A DNA stretch of 63,718 nt, counting the filler, from Olpidium bornovanus S191 (taxonomy: Eukaryota; Fungi; Olpidiomycota): NCBI GenBank assembly GCA_017911155.1. It is 28 parts of 28 records of this genome, joined end to end, with 100 filler letters (N's around TTAATTAATTAA, not from the genome) between each part and the next. Parts side by side here need not be neighbours in the genome. Positions count along the whole stretch, not along the records: positions 59,700 to 61,149 come from JAEFCI010005437.1; positions 61,250 to 62,613 come from JAEFCI010004216.1; positions 62,714 to 63,718 come from JAEFCI010010081.1; 25 more parts are not named here. The stretch is one strand, 5' to 3'. The notes under the pieces are model-generated. The model had not been told where the DNA came from, ran no database searches, and worked only from the letters and a program-made list of their open reading frames with translations. Below, one piece after another: positions 60,424 through 63,718 of the stretch. The translations under genes and the position numbers were made by a program. The first letter of the stretch is position 1. Each line of letters starts with the position of its first letter.

Positions 60424-61038
60424 TCAAGGGCGCGGGACGGCCGCCGGCCACCCGCCGGGCTCGGCGCCCGCGGCGGAGGCGGAGGCGGAGGCGGCCAGCG
60501 CGTGCTGGAGGTCCCGCACGCGGACCTCCAGGCGCCTGCGGACGTCCGCGGCCTCGGCGAGCTCCGCGTCTTTCGCCGCCAGCTGCCTGCGGAGCGCCGC
60601 GACCGCCTTTTCTCCCGCGGCCGCCGCGTTCCGGCAGCGGCGGCAGGCGGCGCCCGCGCACCCTCCTCCGCCGCCGCCGCCGGCGGCGGAGGGCGACGAC
60701 GCGCAGGGGGGGCCCGGGGGTTCGGGTTCCCGGCGGCCGGCGGCGGCGGCGTCTGACGGCCAGGGCGGCGGCCGCGGCGGGAGGGGCAGGTCGGTGTAGG
60801 GCGACCTGCGGGCCGCCTCCGGGCCCGACGCCAGGTCGCACAGCAGCGGCGGCGGCCCGGCGCCGGGCGAGACCGGGCCCGGCCGCAGGTGGGGCGGCGA
60901 CTTCGCGGGTGGCGACCTTGTCGCCCCGGATCCGGCGCGCGGCGGGCCGGAGAGTAGCAGGAGGGCGGCGGCGGCGGGGGGAGGCAGTTCCGGGGAGTCC
61001 GCCCGGTTGACCCGCTGCCAGGCGTTGCAGAACTGCAC
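60424..61038 (-). CDS. Hypothetical 3'-terminal exon, Pro-rich with a coiled coil
   Basis: Open frame ending AVAALRRQLAAKDAELAEAADVRRRLEVRVRDLQHAL..*. GC-rich, so the openness alone is weak evidence. Confidence 0.35.
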   Translation of the reverse strand: MQFCNAWQRVNRADSPELPPPAAAALLLLSGPPRAGSGATRSPPAKSPPHLRPGPVSPGAGPPPLLCDLASGPEAARRSPYTDLPLPPRPPPWPSDAAAAGRREPEPPGPPCASSPSAAGGGGGGGCAGAACRRCRNAAAAGEKAVAALRRQLAAKDAELAEAADVRRRLEVRVRDLQHALAASASASAAGAEPGGWPAAVPRP

Positions 61039-61101
61039 GACCTCCCTCGAACCCGGCCTCCGCGCCGGATCTGACGCCGTCAGGCGGAGAATAAACGCCG
61101 C

Positions 61102-61149
<48 letters not shown>

Positions 61150-61464
61150 NNNNNNNNNNNNNNNNNNNNNNNNNNNNNNNNNNNNNNNNNNNNTTAATTA
61201 ATTAANNNNNNNNNNNNNNNNNNNNNNNNNNNNNNNNNNNNNNNNNNNNAAAAAAAAAAAAAAAAAAAAAAAAAAAAACAAAAATTTTTCCCCCCCCCCC
61301 CCCCCCCTTCCCTCACTTCTCCCCGCGTCCTTGCCTTCCTTCCTCCTCCCCCCGCTCCGCCGGCCCTCTGCCAAACATTTTACCGGGACCCTTCGCATGG
61401 ACGCGGTGCCCAACCTTCGTATGCTCGCCGCCGCCGCCGCAGCCCCCGTTCGCAGCTCAAGAAC

Positions 61465-62613
61465 ATGAACATCGACGTGGAGGCCACGCTGAACGTGACG
61501 GAGGTGCGTGTATGTGCGTGTATGTTGCGCGCTTTGGTCGGCCGAGGGAGACGACGTCAGAGGTACGGGCGAGCTTCTCTGGGCGGTGTTGTTTTCTGTG
61601 AACCCGCCGTGATTGGGGGTTTTTTTTTTGCTCCGGAATTCGTCCCCCGGTGGCAGTCCCAGGCTACGAGCGCGAGCGCCGCTGACACGCGCCGCGCTTC
61701 CTTCGACCCTTTTCGAACGCCCTGCGGGGAACCAAATAACAAAAAATATAGTTGGAATCCGTCCGGTCGAAGCTCCTCCAGCTTCAGGAAACGATGAATT
61801 TCTTCCTTCAAGTCGTCGACCCCGCGATGCCCTACGTGGTGCCGTGGTGCGTGCAACCACGCGGGTTACGGAGGGGCGGGGAAGTGGAGGAGGGCGTCCC
61901 GGACGCCGTTTTGGGGAGGAGGTGGAGAGAGGGAAAGGGCACCATCTCGGGGCACGGCAAAAAAAAAATGAAAAAAGGAACCCCCGCTCGGTCCCCTGAC
62001 CCCGCAAAAAAATTCCAGGCCCGAGCTCCTGGACAAATTCAACGTCTTGGTGGCCAAGTACATCGCGCTGCACGAGGCGGCGGTCGCGCCGGCGCTGCAG
62101 CAGCTGCATGTACACCCGGGCGGGCCTCCAGAGACGACTGAGCAGGCCCACAACCTGGGCATTTTGCTCCGGACGAAGCTGATTCCCGAGTTGGAGAGCG
62201 CCGAGAGGAACCTCAGGGACGAGATAAGGAAAGGGAATGCCGCGAACAGAGCAGCAGCAGGAGATGAAGGAGGAGGAGCGTGGGCCGGCGCCGCGGCCTC
62301 CTGGGGACGGGGGGAAGAGGAGACGCGGGAAGACGCTGTCGTGGAGAGGGCGCTGCGGGAGGCTAACGTCGGTACCCGAATTGCGGACGCCCTTATTACT
62401 TTGCGCAACGTCTCGGCCTCGTTCGCCTCTGATTCTTCTTGTCCGCATAACCACGCTTCAGTCCATGATTCAGCAGCACGACTCCCTCTGCTCCATGGCG
62501 GAGGAGTCGCTGGACCGCCACCGCGACGCATTGGAGGCGGCTGACGTCGATGAGGCGGCGGAGCGCGACGGCGCAGGTGCGGGAACTGTGGATGCAAAAG
62601 CGGGGATTGCGGT
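61465..62613 (+). CDS. MED8: Mediator subunit Med8, 3' end missing
   Basis: LESVRSKLLQLQETMNFFL..W|PELLDKFNVLVAKY..HP..HNLGILLRTKLIPELE. Exon phases are consistent. Confidence 0.85.
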
Positions 62614-63646
62614 NNNNNNNNNNNNNNNNNNNNNNNNNNNNNNNNNNNNNNNNNNNNTTAATTAATTAANNNNNNNNNNNNNNNNNNNNNNNNNNNNNNN
62701 NNNNNNNNNNNNNAGACAGAAAGCGATCAACGGTAACCCTGGCGCTATCTCTGAGGGAGCGGAGCTCGCCGATGTGTAGCAAATTAATCTCCAGATCGCG
62801 CCGCGCGCAGATTACGTACTTCGCTCGTTACATGGTAGCAACGCCCATAATCACACAATCCTTAAATGAAAAGAAAAATCACAGCTGCTTCAAATGGCAT
62901 CTCTCAACGCCGCACCCGGCCTCCCCCGCGCACGTCCATCGATAAACCGCCCCTTCCGCGTGTGCCGATACTTCAGCAATACACGTCTCTCGCCGGTAGG
63001 ACCACATCCCCCCTGCGGGCGCCAGACACACCGCCGATAATACCTCAACACCGGGCGTTGCGCGCTCTTCTGTGGTAGGGAGCCGTGTTGAGTTCGCCGT
63101 TTGAGGAACTGCTCAACCCGCCCTCCGCACGCGCTCGCTCCAGGACGTCGTATGCGCGGGCGCTTCCTTCCATGGTTTGGTATTTGGACGTTTTGGACGG
63201 GGAGTCTTAACGGCTGGGCTCATAAACCTGTAGGATTCCCGTGTCTCCTTTTTTGGGGGACAAAACAGAGCTCCGCGGGGCACATGTGTTCCGTGATTCT
63301 ACCCGGTTTTACAGAGAGGAGTTCAGAGCTAAAAATCGGCGGGAGAAGTGCTCCATCCTCCCCTGAAACCCCCGTTTTTTTTCTCCTCACCGCCGCCAGG
63401 CACCCCCCCCCCCCACACACACACACACGCACAACACGCACACACCCCTTTGCTTCCTTTTCCGGCGGCCGCTAAGGGAAAATAAAAATTAGGCGCTCCC
63501 CCCCACACCGCCCCCTTTTCAAGCGGCCGCCCTCCCGTTCCCCCCGTCCCGCCACGCGCCCGGCGCTCCCTCCCTTCCGGACGAGGCCCCCCCTTTTGCG
63601 CGCGCAACATATTGCACCTCTCTCTCTCTCTCTCTCACGGCAAACT

Positions 63647-63678
<32 letters not shown>

Positions 63679-63680
63679 CC

Positions 63681-63718
<38 letters not shown>

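Noticed and set aside
1-63718. Apparent gene cluster or novel multi-gene system across the window
   Set aside because: The 28 contigs are joined by artificial linkers. Only within-contig pairs (HGD/centrin, HNT2/CEG1) are truly adjacent, and they show no functional link.

Overview
This is not one contiguous locus. It is 28 short (1.0-4.0 kb) eukaryotic contigs joined by 27 artificial 100-nt linkers (44 N + TTAATTAATTAA + 44 N), so adjacency across a linker has no biological meaning. The DNA is GC-rich and intron-rich. It comes from a flagellated (zoosporic) early-diverging fungus: it carries adenylate kinase 7, basal-body-type centrin, chitin deacetylase and fungal-type Yif1/Sac1/Med8/Qcr2. 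An Olpidium-like organism is an inference only. I could reconstruct about 20 mostly partial spliced housekeeping genes by hand, plus Ty1/Copia and Ty3/Gypsy relics and several tandem repeats. No rRNA, tRNA or CRISPR was seen. The most interesting signals are in splicing. A U12 (minor-spliceosome)-type GTATCCTTT donor sits in the Fhit/Hnt2 gene at the G|H codon position. Four ultra-short micro-exons (3, 4, 5 and 9 nt) restore conserved motifs in DCAF6 and Fhit; the three whose upstream intron is on-contig are each preceded by an AG-free tract and a distant candidate branch point. Also notable: a condensin II subunit (CAP-D3), a ~180-aa SP-repeat insertion in the mRNA capping enzyme, a Gly/Ala amphipathic repeat protein, nested Copia elements with half-tRNA primer sites, and contig ends strongly enriched for CATG.
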